Part shown: one piece after another, positions 1 to 12,700 of the stretch
How the letters are laid out: every line of letters starts with the position of its first letter
Position numbering within the stretch: position 1 is the first letter of the stretch
Assembly: GCF_031769215.1 (NCBI RefSeq)
Contig: NW_026782356.1
Coordinates: forward strand, 1,488,001-1,552,000
DNA length: 64,000 bases
Source: Ylistrum balloti
Taxonomy: Eukaryota
Direction: 5' to 3'
Notes under the pieces: model-generated
Seen by the model: the letters and a program-made list of their open reading frames with translations, nothing else
Database searches by the model: none
Told to the model about the DNA's origin: nothing
Made by a program: the position numbers and the translations under genes

Positions 1-1749
1 TTGTGAAAGTAAAGTAACATATATATAGGACTTGTGCGAATGAACATATCATTTGCAATTATCATCAAGTAAACGCTTAATTCAAGAGTAGATACTATCA
101 ATACTTTCATTTCTGAGAACAATCTAATTTAAGACGAGGAAATCCCCACGGGGTTTAAGGAGTGCTTTCATTTTAATATGCCTTATCGAAAATGAATGAA
201 ATATTTCAAAGTTACAATTTTATCCTATTTCAATTACACTAAATGTCTTCATCAAATTTCACGATTTATCAATATTCTTCATATCAGCTACATCTACGCT
301 GACAGTACCATTGGATTGTTATAATATTAAGTCATTAAAGTACAGGCACTGCCAAACACTGTCCTTTCACACTTCTACTATTTCCTATGTGAACATTGTA
401 AAAATTGAATATTTCCGTGAAATGACTATTACAAAATACGGAAATTTTTCCATGACATGTGAGTCTATAAATACACCCAACACACTTTGTGACTCTAAAA
501 CATTTTCACACTTTTAACACTGAAATACAACTAAAATGTGAAAGTTAACCAGTCTATCTACCACTGTAAGATGTATGTTGTATGTACCAATACTTGCCTG
601 TTCGACGGGTCTTCTTAATGATGTCCAAAATAATAAATAATGCTATCACCCTTATACAGCTAAATACGTCTGTTGTCGAAGTAGTTCTAATAATAGAACC
701 AGGTAACTCCGGGAAAAACCACGTATGTACACTGTATGTTTGTACTTCCTGTTTGACACTCGTATCAGCTACGAGGTCTGTTGGGCCTAGTTATTCGAGA
801 ACAACATAGACGTCGCCGTATCGGTGGGGATTGATACTCATTTATTACGAAATTCATTATATCGACGGAAACTGAAACTGGCTTGAACATTCAATTACCC
901 AAAAGGTACATGTATACCACATCGTCTGCCGTCGCTATGGACGCTTTCATAAACTGTCATACTTAATTGTCACCAGGGAGTTAATTGAAGTTAATTTTAA
1001 ATAGTATTTCCCTTAAAATAATTAGGTTGTATATGTATATATATATCTCATGATATGGAAAGGTAACACGTAGTTACTTGTCTAAAACTATCAATATATT
1101 GCACACAAAAAAAGGATCGATAATTTGAGATCACCGAGACGGATTATTTAAATCATTTCCATTCTGTTATGGCGTATATATAATACCTTTGAATACTACA
1201 AACATAAACAAGCCATGTACGGCCCTCCATAGGGTTTACAACAGTTATCGTTTGATACTGAAGGTACCGATTATGTATATTAATAGTATAATTGATAGTC
1301 TTGAATCACTCTACAATAACATTACAACTCTATATTCGTATATCTTTAGTAGTCGTGAAGTTCACAATCATTTTGGTGTACTTTAAACGATATTGTATTC
1401 AATACGAGACTTTATTCAGTCGCCCCATAAGGTAAATATGCTAATATATAATTTTAATGTAGTAGGATTGCACGTTACGCATGATTAAGGGATTCCTGTC
1501 AGTTCTTTTGATGATATAGAATTTCCTCCAATATGTTTACATCAAGTTAAACGATGTTTTTATTATTATTTAGAATCTTATTAATTGTAGTTCATATCTA
1601 TGTAAATTAAAAAATGAATATAATGTATTATTCAAAATTGTACCATTTATTAAAACGTAAAAAACTCAAGATGCATAATAAATAATTTAATTTTGACTTG
1701 AATTTGAAAGTTTGTATTCGAAAATATATATATATATATATCATATATA

Positions 1750-2587
1750 ACAGAAATACATACAATTGGTAGGTAGTACCACACAGAAATACATAAAATA
1801 CAAACAATCGGTAGTTATGACTAAGTACCACACAGAAATACATACAATTGGTAGTTATGACTAAGTACCACACAGAAATACAAACAATCGGTAGTTATGA
1901 CTAAGTACCACACAGAAATACATACAATTGGTAGGTATGACTAAGTACCACACAGAAATACATACAATTGGTAGGTATGACTATGTACCACACAGAAATA
2001 CAAACAATCGGTAGTTATGACAAAATACCACACAGAAATACATACAATTGGTAGGTAAGACTATGTACCACACAGAAATACATACAATTGGTAGGTGTGA
2101 CTATGTACCACACAGAATACATACAATTGGTAGTTATGACAAAGTACCACACAGAAATACATACAATTGGTAGGTATGACTATGTACCACACAGAAATAC
2201 ATACAATTGGTAGGTATGACTAAGTACCACACAGAAATACATACAATTGGTAGGTATGACTATGTACCACACAGAAATACATAGAACTAAGTATCACACA
2301 GAAATAACAATTGGTAGGTATGACTATGTACCACACAGAAATACAAACACACACACAGAAATACAAACAATTGGTAAATACCACACAGAAATACATACAA
2401 TTGGTAGTTATGTACCACACACAAAATACCACACAGAAATACATACAATTGGTAGGTATGACTATGTACCACACAGAAATACATATCAATTGGTAGGTAT
2501 GACTATGTACCACACAGAAATACATACAATTGGTAGGTATGACTATGTACCACACAGAAATACATACAATTGGTAGTTATGACTAAG
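1750..2587. repeat. Minisatellite, ~40-bp unit (CACAGAAATACATACAATTGGTAGGTATGACTATGTACCA), ~21 copies
   Basis: Head-to-tail copies are directly visible, with small variants. It explains the repetitive ORFs at 2220-2576. Confidence 0.97.
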
Positions 2588-2774
2588 TTAGTTCTCAGAC
2601 TCATGAATCCGAAACATTAAGCGAGTACGTTCGATCAATAATGACATAGAAAATGTTGAATATAAAAGTGAGAAAAAATTATACAGCATTTATTAAACGT
2701 ACGTATCTTTGTTAGTTTCAAACAACATGGTAACCAAATCTTTACTCGATGATTCATTTTGTTGCAGTGGTAAA

Positions 2775-3682
2775 ATGGCGGCTTCACTGCATGAAAGTGA
2801 TAAAGTTTTAGGATTCCTGGGAAATACCTCTTCACAGGAGAACCAAAAGGACGCTAAAAGTGTCAGGTCTAAACCTCTCAAAGCTGTATATAGTTTACAG
2901 TTCTCAACTAAGATTCCTTTCGACTTCCATCAAGGGATGTCCGAGGTTCAAAAAATTGTAGCTTTACCAGGTGATTCGGTGATAGCGCTGGATCGCGCCA
3001 ACAGGAAACTGAAGCTTTTCAGTGCTGATTTGCAGTTTTTGCATTACATTGATGTCGGTGTTGCTCCGGCAGGTTTGACTGTGGTAAACAATTCTACAGT
3101 GGCGGTATCCTCTGGTGACATTAAAAACCACCTCACACTCTTTAAGGTATATGATGGTACCCTACACCAGGTCAAAGATATAGAATGGGAGAATGAGAAC
3201 CATGCTGTTTGTGATATCACTTACATTGATGGTCATTTTGTATGTCTAACATCGAAATATGACACTACTGGAGTCAGCGAGATATCTGTAGAACGAATTG
3301 ATATGGACGGTAAAAAATGTACCGTTTTCACGGAGAAAGGAAATGCTCACTTAGGCTACAACCTTATATCGGGAGATGGAAACCGCTTCTATGTATGTGT
3401 AAGAATAAAGTAAGATGTATGTCCAATGAAGGAAAAATATTGTGGGAAGTTACAACATCCAGAGGTCCTCTCGGAATAGCCTTGGTGAAGGGAAACATTT
3501 GCGTGTCATCATTTGCAGAAGGCTTGGTATGTCAGATATCCCTAGATGGACATTTACATAGCCGTCCCGTCATACAGGAGTTAACTAAACCTGGCAGTAT
3601 ATGTTATCAAAAAAAGCGTAAGAGACTTCTAGTGTCACGATCCGACACGGGTAATCCAATCAGGGTCTATAATATTGACTGA
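2775..3682 (+). pseudogene. TRIM-type C-terminal beta-propeller (NHL-like) ORF, ~301 aa if repaired, broken by a frameshift near 3399-3400 (pseudogene, null allele or assembly error)
   Basis: ORFs 2709-3413 and 3317-3682 join if one GT is removed from TATGTATGTGTAAG, giving ...RFYVCKNKVRCMSNEGKILWEV.... Motifs IVALPGDSVIALDRANRKLKLFS, PAGLTV and PLGIAL resemble the C-terminal domains of the two TRIMs in this window. Acceptor-like TTTTGTTGCAG ends at 2767 and ATG (AAAATGGCG) is at 2775. Confidence 0.75.
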
Positions 3683-5392
3683 TATGTTCCGGAATTTAGG
3701 ATGATACTTAATTAAAAACAGAAGAAATGTGCAATAAATAGTCGATTGACAGTTTGTATGTTACTATTCTTTTATTGACCTTGCCTTTTATACAGGTCTC
3801 GTTAGCACAACGCGGTTATTGAAAATGTTACATAAAACAGATGTAGTATTATCAAGCATTGTCCTGTCTCCAGTTGGCAGTCATAGACATATAAAAGTCA
3901 ACAGGAAAAGTGAAAATACTTTGTTGCATACTAGCTGCTGAATTTGCCTTTATGCAGATTGCATTTATAATGTCCAGGGTTGCCAACTAAAAACTGTTCA
4001 ATAATTACATTTGTCATTTCCAAACTTTACGTTATAAGGGGAGGAAACTCTCAATATTCTTACGCCGTCAGCAGCTCATGTGCTGATAATACATCACTTT
4101 GGCAAAGTTGACAGCAACGTATCACAAGCAATCGCGTATTTCTGGAAACCGATCGACAAACATCACAATAAGTAGGTACATAGAATCATTTGGTGAAGAC
4201 AAAATGTTTGAAGTTGTTTACTTGGAGCGCGAAACATTCTAGAAACCATCGGTTGCATAATTATCAACAGAAATTATAGCTTAAGATGGTATTTGTGATG
4301 GAATCAACTTTATTTGTTTTTGGTTGAAAAACTGCAAAATACAGAATAATACAATGTGTCAAAAATGTAAATATAAAAATGGAATTTAACATTTTATACT
4401 CATCACACTAATCACATCTATTAACTTGGAGTGGTTTCATATACATGCATATAAATATACTATGTAACCCCGTTACCGTAATCGGGGGCAAATAAATTTA
4501 GCATCTATGTCAAACTAATCTAAATTGTTAAACTAAATCCACTATTTGGAATTACACTTTGTTGAAAGAAACGAAATTATGATTAAATTTTCCAAGCATG
4601 TTATAAAAAATAAATGAGCAGTGTATGACGGACATACCGGATGGATTTGACCTGAAGATCTATTTTTAAATCTAGGTATCAATTATCACATTACAGTGTA
4701 TTACTAATAAATTGAATTAAACTGGAATCAAATAGTTGAGTATAAACCGATATCAGATAGGAATGATATAATAAACTTACACGATAGTTGCCTTAAGATG
4801 TTTTGATTATCATGAAGCATGCACGGTGCAACTATTTAACAAAAGAGTGGTAAAAAGGGAGATATCTCTTAATACAAACTGAAAGGGAAGGTATCAAGAC
4901 AGCGCAGTATTGGACTTGGTCAAACTCCCTCTCTAAGTCAATCGTTACTTTGATGTACCTGTACTGTATCGTGTTACCATTTGTTATTGTAATTAAGATT
5001 CGGTTAACTGTTGGTTTTGAAATAAAATTTATTTCTTAATTATTGTTTTCAAATATCAACACGCATTTGAAAATATTCATGGAAAATTAAGTCACGAAGT
5101 TTTGTTTTAACACAAAAAAGAGTAATAAGTATCATATTGTGGAAATTAACATTTTTGTTATGTACATATCATGTCGGTATTTTGAAGACTCGTCAGTATT
5201 TGTAACATGCTAGTAGTATCATACATACAGATGATAGGTGATAAGCAATAAATATAAAGAGAATCCTGACACTTACCTGTTCTGCAGACAAACGATTTCT
5301 CTTATCAGTTGTCAAGTAATCACGAGATTGTTCCTTGTACTTGCTTCCTATTTAGTTACTCGAGTTGGGTTCGGTACTTACAGTGATCATTA

Positions 5393-6498
5393 ATGGAGTT
5401 GCCTTCTTTGTTTATGCTGGTTTTGTTGTGTAGGATAGAATTATGCACAGGAGAAAATAAGGATGGATATGACGAATTAATTACTGTCGCGGACATGAAG
5501 AAGTTCATGGTGGAGACTTCAGCTTCTCTTCGTTATTACCAACAGAAGACAGAGTCTTTACAAAATATTGTAACAAAACAGGAACGTGAAATACAGGTCC
5601 TGAAAACAGACCTCTCGAGACTGACATCGGGAAAATGTGACGACATGAGAAATATTGATAAAGGAGGTAAGAGGTACACAACATGACACACACGTATATA
5701 TATAAATAGATAATTATTGATTCTTGATGGGACTTTCTGACTCAAAATCACGGGACGATATGTACCAGAATGTGCTGCGGTACAGAATATGTTTGCTATA
5801 TGTGTTTAATATATCTCTTTAATAATAGTTATTTCAATCGAACTCCGCTGTTTCATATAATGACGTTTAAACTACTCATTGACTGGGAAACAAACAAAAT
5901 AAATTCATACCATTATGAACTTAAAAACATCTTGTTTATAAATTATCACTACCTACCGAGTTGGTGAACTATCAGTCCTTACATTCATTCTCTGAAGCGT
6001 GGATATTTTGATTATATACTGCGTATCGAATACACCTTTGTTCATCATTGCTGTTCTCACTTTAAAGGTATCAAACGAGTTGCAGAGTTGAATAATCAAA
6101 CTGTGGGTGTTGCGTTCTACGCCCAGCTATCCACCGACCAGTCCACTTTTGGTACTCACCAGACCGTCATATTTGACCAAGTACGGACCAACATCGGGAA
6201 TGCCTTTAACCACGATGATGGAGTGTTCACGGCGCCATCTGCCGGAGTATATGTTTTCTTCTGGACAACAACAAATCGAGATAGAACACACATGCAGACG
6301 GAGCTGGTTATCAATGGGGTACAGTATGGAAGAGCATGGGCCGACTCGGGGAATCATGATGACGTTTCAATGGCTTCTAATACAGTGGTCGTATCGCTTG
6401 TGCAAGGGGACACCGTTTGGATCCGATCTGATACTATACATTCCGGTTTCACAAATGGACAGAACTTTGCAACGTTCTCTGGCTGGTTGTTACATTAA
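5393..6498 (+). CDS. Secreted C1q domain-containing protein (signal peptide, short coiled coil, gC1q), 2 coding exons, 234 aa
   Basis: Exons 5393-5666 (GAG|GTAAGA) and 6068-6498 (TTTAAAG|GT), with matching phase 1. Hydrophobic N-terminus MELPSLFMLVLLCRIELC; heptad segment LQNIVTKQEREIQVLKTDL; gC1q motifs VAFYAQL, VIFDQVRTNIGNAFNHDDGVFTAPSAGVYVFFW, LVQGDTVWI, TFSGWLL. AATAAA follows the stop. Confidence 0.95.
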
Positions 6499-7130
6499 AT
6501 AATAAAGGAATAAAACAGATACAACCAGCATTATTTTTCTGGTACTGATTGGTGTCATGTCTTTGATAGATTTGAAACCTCACACAAAAAACATTATCTT
6601 TGGTTGAGATATAAGCTCAAATTATAAATATACGTTACTTAACTGAGGAGTGGTATTATACCATTATTTTATATCCCGATATTGTTCTTACCATTATTAC
6701 TGAAAAGAATAATAAATAAGAATAAGAAAAAATAGCCAAACCCTGTATACAAGATATCGCACGAACTCTTAATAGATTTGATTTATATTCACACACACCA
6801 TATTGCATTATGCTACTGAGGTGAACAAGTTATTAAATTAAGGTAGTCGTCGGTCAAGGTGAAAGTTCACGGATCCTTCTTGACCATTTCTAACCAGGAG
6901 TGGGGTATATATTAACCTCTGTTCACTTTGGTTTTATTAAAACTTTTCAAGTTGATGAAACAACAGTGAATATGAAAAAAATGCCAAGATGGCCGTATAA
7001 TCATAATTCAAACTCAAATACCATAAAGCGAGGGCAAATAAGAACAAAAGATTTACAATGAGACTCCTGAAAATAAGCCTTTTCTACTTCATCGACGACA
7101 CCCGCCATGCAAAAGCTTGGTCAGTCCAAC

Positions 7131-7159
7131 AAAAAAAAAGAAGAAAAAAAAAAAGGGGT

Positions 7160-7196
<37 letters not shown>
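7131..7196 (+). repeat. A-rich tract followed by a G homopolymer (37 uninterrupted G, 7160-7196)
   Basis: Direct reading of the sequence. Confidence 0.95.
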
Positions 7197-7197
<1 letters not shown>

Positions 7198-7289
7198 ATA
7201 CAGCAACGGAACCAACAGTCAAACCAATGATTATCAAATACATCCAGCTTCCAGGCCCTTGAATATCGAATCGACTGTGATATGTAAAT

Positions 7290-8230
7290 ACCATAGTTTG
7301 GTTATGCAAGGATAATGCTATTCAGAAATGGAAAAAAGGGAAATTGAAATCATCATATTTATCATACATATCATCGAAAGCTGTCCATGTCGGTTTCGTT
7401 GAAGGAAAAGATCGAGATAAGCAGCTGATGTAGAAGAGTCTGTCGTATCTTTAATTTCCAGTTCTGTGTATATCAGCGATGGACGTATTCAATAAATTTC
7501 TTGTTTTACTTAAAGACACGACATCATCAATATATCTGGAGGTGAAAGTAAACGACTTTGCAAGGTCTTTGTGACCTGTTTTAATACGCTCTTCAATAAA
7601 TTAAAAATTGTATGAAACAAGTCAACCAACAGAGAAGCGCAGCTAGTATGCCAATAGTCTATAGGATCTTGCCACCAAACTCGACGAAGATGTTGTCAAG
7701 CAAATACACGATCATTTTTATTATTTCATCCTCTGTATGTTTCTTCTGTTGTTTGGACGTAAATTTTACTTTACGAAAAATGCTTCAGTATAGTTCACAA
7801 CCTTTTATTTATACCGCTCTTTACCGTTTTTGAAGAAGAAAGCTCTAATGACAAGAGAACGAAGGCATATGGTGTTGTACATGGTGGAAGATTTACACGA
7901 ATACCCTTGTAGGCATTTCCTACCACAATAGGTAGATGGTATTCAATTCCCAAGGCATTAATTAATCATTTCCACTGTTGTTTTATGTTAATCATCCAAT
8001 AAGAAGTTCATGATTGATTTTGTAATAATTTCATCTATATTTGGATTTCTATTTATTTTGTATTTCGAAGATAACAAACCAATTTCCTTCTAGTTTTAAA
8101 TTGTAAGAATGTAGTTCTGATTTCTGGAATCGGCAGTTTTTTTTATAATTGTTAGCGGTATTTCTCTAAATGTCATGCACGTAATAGTAGGTGGCATGGC
8201 ACTACATACGATGTTGTTACAAATGCATGC
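7290..8230 (-). mobile_element. Degraded Penelope-like retroelement RT fragment (may extend weakly to ~9250)
   Basis: Minus-strand translation across stops and frameshifts gives STMYNTI, LVIRAFFFKNGKERYK, EIIKMIVYLLDNIFVEFGGKI, LAKSFTFTSRYIDDVVSL, ELEIKDTTDSSTSAAYLDL and YDKYDDFNF. These match the PLE RT core as I recall it from invertebrate genomes. Confidence 0.8.
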
Positions 8231-9755
8231 ATACAAAAAATATGAAATTGTATATCTTTACTGAAGAATTTGACAGCGATATATGTTATACCTTGATATT
8301 TTAGATGTTTAGACATTCTTCCAGCTTGAAAATCTGGTATATCCCATTACAAATTACAATTGAGATCGTCATAACTTTAATATTGTTATTGCTTTTTTAT
8401 ACGTCCAGCTATGTCTATACGGCATCCCGATATTCACAGTTGATTTCAAATGTCCAGCTCGACCACTAGTTTGGTTCGGGAAACCCCTCTTACAGTTAGA
8501 GCTGATATAAGTTATAGTTTTTAAAACGAGGAAATTAATTTTGTAAACGCAAGCACATTGACGGCATTTGTGGCAAATGTTATTTGCTAATTCTAAGTCA
8601 GAACTCAGATTCAGAATTACGAATTGAGTGACATTCATTGTTGTGACTGATTCAGGGGGATAGTCATTTTTGTTTCCTGTCAACGGTGTTTGCGCGCTTG
8701 CGTTATCGTATATCAAAAATATATATCCAGACTATTGATCAACATATTTCTTTTTCATGATTGTCAATTAACCTCTTTTAGAACAAATTTCAGTGAAAAC
8801 GAACAGTCGTTGTTTATGAGGTGATACATTTGATATATGTGGAAAATCTCTTAAGGAAATCAGTAAAATATCGTTTCACCATGATGTCGTCACTGTGGTT
8901 GTATCTATTATTTCCAGCACTAACGATAAGAAGATTGATATGAAATACTACATCAAAATACTTCATCAATAAAATGTATTGTTGGACAAGGCGAAATAAT
9001 CATCATTTCTCGTTTACATGTTTAGATGACTAGGATGTTGGATGTTCTAATGTGTAAATCTCTTTACTTTTACGTAAGTTTGTTCTTTACATTTGTTTTT
9101 CTTTGTAATATGTATTAATGTTAGCCATCTCGCTTACAAACCCATGCTGTCTGCCGACCATGTTTCATTATGAAGGATGATATTGGACCTGGCAACTTGA
9201 AAAGAGAAAATCTTCTAATACTGTCTTGTTTAAATATAATTTATTTTCTCAAATTCTTCACAAAATCTATTTCTTGATTCATTTTTAAGAGTATTTCGGT
9301 TAATGGTAACTTTCGAGAATGCCAAGTCCTACAAAGTTACATGTTCTTCCAATCTGTCCGATCCCTGTACACAACCAAGTACATAATGTGCTAAAGCTTT
9401 AACAATGGACGACACTTGATAGACCACGAAGTATGAGTAATTAAATTTCGCGCCATTTGATGATGGCCGAAGATGAACATCTATTATGCCATTAGTATTT
9501 GAAGTACTATACATATTATATATTTCATTTTATAACTAGTTCCTGAAATACCAGAGTAGTCTCCTCATTATATCGAACATTATACCGGAATATTTTGGCG
9601 GTACTCAGCTTGGAACACTACATGATATTAGCTAATCTCAGAACAAAGAAATGAGAATAGTTTAATATTTGCATTTTCCATAACAAAAATATTATTATTA
9701 AATGACAGTACATATTGATGTTTAACACGAAATGGATTATTTCGATAGTGCTCTT

Positions 9756-12700
9756 CTATGGAGTACCAGCGCCTCTCATTGGTAACGCCACCTTGCAAAA
9801 GGATATTTGAATCTGCAAATAGGAGAGTATTTATGTGTGTGTACAAAAAGACATATACACATTAGAAACAAAAATGATCTTATTTGCATGATGATTCATA
9901 AATTTAAATAGCTACAACTGCAGACCAAATGTGGCGTATTTTCAAGAATTATTTTCAATACAGAATTGACTCCCGTTTAAAACATGTTAAGTATTATGCA
10001 AACAATAGAAAAAAACGTATTTTAAGACGTATTGATAAATTTGAATTTGTCGTAAGACAACTTACCTCATCAATGAAAGCATAGAGTCCATCGACGAAAT
10101 CTGTACAAGACCCAATCCTCAACGGGCCAACACTGGTCATCATGTTTCCTGTAAAACAACTCGGACTTTCAAATGTAACCTTCATTTTAAACATTATTCG
10201 AAGTGGGTCATCGAATTCATTAAACTTGGTTAAACAGATTGTCATTAATTCTTGTTCCGCTTCATCATTACTTTACTATTTAGCATCGCATAATATTGTT
10301 TATTTTATGAAGAGATAGTTCATAGGACATAAAAGTGAATAACTCCGAAGGAATAAGGCATTGATTTGTAAATGACGCTTAGGACAATCATTGTTGAAAC
10401 TACAAATCATATATTTTCATGGGACACAGATTTCGTAATTTCGGACAAGATAAAGTGCGGACGGACGGAGGGACGGACTGAAACAATGGGGAATCGCGAG
10501 ACATTCCTGATATATGTCAAAATATACTTAGTCCACTTGGTAGTGAGTTGACACCAGAGTTGAGGACGCTTTACCTGAGAAAGCCACTTTTCCTTTATCC
10601 TCCTGAACTTTTCCTGTACCCTTGTTGATATGTTGCAACGTCCCGTGTAGGAATGACCCGTCAAATCGGAACAGCACGTTGGTCCATTCTTGGATCTGGA
10701 AGAATCAGACCATACCGCGATTAACTATAGATTTTGGCAAATAATAAATATTTAACAGAGACAACGGGAAGCTGTTGTGTTTCATTGTTCTTACATTTTC
10801 TTATCAATTGCCCAATAAAAGAATTTATTTTTTGACAACAACGGCAAATCATAAATTTTGCAAAGGACTTACTTTTATCGGAAGAGCTAAAGTTGTGACA
10901 GTATTATCATTGTTTACTATTCGGATGTGGATGCCGGACCCTGAAGTCGTCCTATTGATGTAAATTTCGAGTGAAGATGCATCCGGATATCTCGAAGTAT
11001 CTCTATCGCAATTTGTCAGCAATATTTGTTTGGACGGTCCCTGTGCCATTACGTAAATCCTAATTTGGATTCCAAACTTCCGGGAAAGATTATCATTTCC
11101 ACTGTAAAAAGGAATGGTAACAGAACTGTTTCCCCGGAACTGACCGTAACCTTTGATCTTATCGATTGATTTTGTGTATATCCACACCGGGGATTCGGCT
11201 TCGTTTTTCACTATCTTGCTCTTAATATCATTGAAGGTAATATGAACTTCCAACTGACACACTGGAAACAGGAAAAAATGATTGTGAAAACACAAACTAC
11301 GAGAGAAATGAGATAGTATTTATACGCGTCTTCTCCAATGCTCTTTTGACACAGTTGAAGAATACATATGGTCATCGGCAACCGTGAAACGTCAAAACAA
11401 GTAAACTTTCACGTTTTTGAAGACTTCACGCTAGAAGCTGGAATATATGTTTCTTGTAAATCATTCTAGACACATTATCATTTCGATTCTTTTGTAAAAT
11501 CATTGCAAAAACTGCGGCGCGTTAACGTTAGAAATTATCAAATTTTATCTGCTTTATTATGGTAGACTTTTGGTGCTGAATTTGTATTTTCCACTTACGA
11601 CTTAACTAGATTCCAAGAAAAAAGCAAAATGTTTAAACGAAGTGAATACATTTAACCTTATTTAATTGTTACTTACATGGTGCAACACTTCCAGATCGTA
11701 CGCACGTGCATAGCTCGGCATCAAATCTGGTGCCGTGACCACACTTTTGTATCTCGGCGACGTTTGCCTCGTTGTAGAACGTCTTGCCATCCTTGCTTTT
11801 AAGGTTACACCCTGGCAATAATGATTTAAATTCTTTCATTAAAAGTATAATACTTCCCCGTAATGTATTGATGTGGACTTAATTGTTTTATTCTGAACCT
11901 GTATAGAGTTTATGACGACTAATTGTAATAATTGTTGCACCTAATTGATAGCCCTCGTGGTTGGTTAAGTGGTAATTACACAATGCAAATGTGCATATAT
12001 TCTTAATATATAACTTTTACAAAAAAAGGAAAAAACATCATTTTCAATACATGAGAATGAAACCTAACATGATCCACTGGACAGGAGGTAACAATGAAAT
12101 GATGAGATAAGGCATCAACTAATGCATAACAAAAGCTGCTGCAAAAGTATAAATACTTTTAAATATTGATTTAATTTAATGTTCCTAGATCAAGATAAAA
12201 AGGTTTGCAAGTTTAACCTTACCTGGTTTACAAGTGTATTCGACCTGCAAATATTTATCTATTCCTGGACAGGGATCAGTATAGAGAGAGGGGTCAGCTG
12301 TCACAGAACAGGATTGCTTTCCTGCACATTGGCTTCTTAGTGCTGTGAGAGCGGACCGCGTGGAGCACGGTTTAGTGACGGGTGGAGACGGGCCGCAGGT
12401 TTTAGCATTAACACGCCCATAAAACACTTCATTGATGCGAACTTCCATACGAAGGGGACATTTTAGCGTCTTGACATTACCGTTACACACTGTCACTTGA
12501 CTGTCTGTATCTGTAAGTTTAACTTCAGATTATTACAATTTGTATTGACAAATTATATCTGCTGTATGATTATGAGAATAAAGCGATGAAGTATATGTGA
12601 AGTCAACCAGCAGACTTGATAGTGTGTATTGATTGCGTGCCTGAATGCAATAGTAGATACGAGATGTTAGTATGATATCATGTCCTTATTCCTAATGGAT

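Noticed and set aside
560-960. Short ORFs and GC-richer patch near the window start as coding exons
   Set aside because: No frame gives a recognisable peptide, and the frame ending at the 905 donor has a stop at 832 and no ATG. At most a non-coding exon.
2220-2576. Repetitive ORFs on both strands (YVFLCGT / HTEIHTIG)
   Set aside because: Translation of the minisatellite; no splice or domain evidence.
1750-2587. CRISPR-like appearance of the 40-bp array (also the arrays at 25.2, 42.1 and 57.8 kb)
   Set aside because: Units are contiguous with no unique spacers, there are no cas genes, and the DNA is eukaryotic.
7058-7315. Poly-Gly / poly-Pro ORFs (also 18780-19013)
   Set aside because: Artefacts of the G homopolymers.
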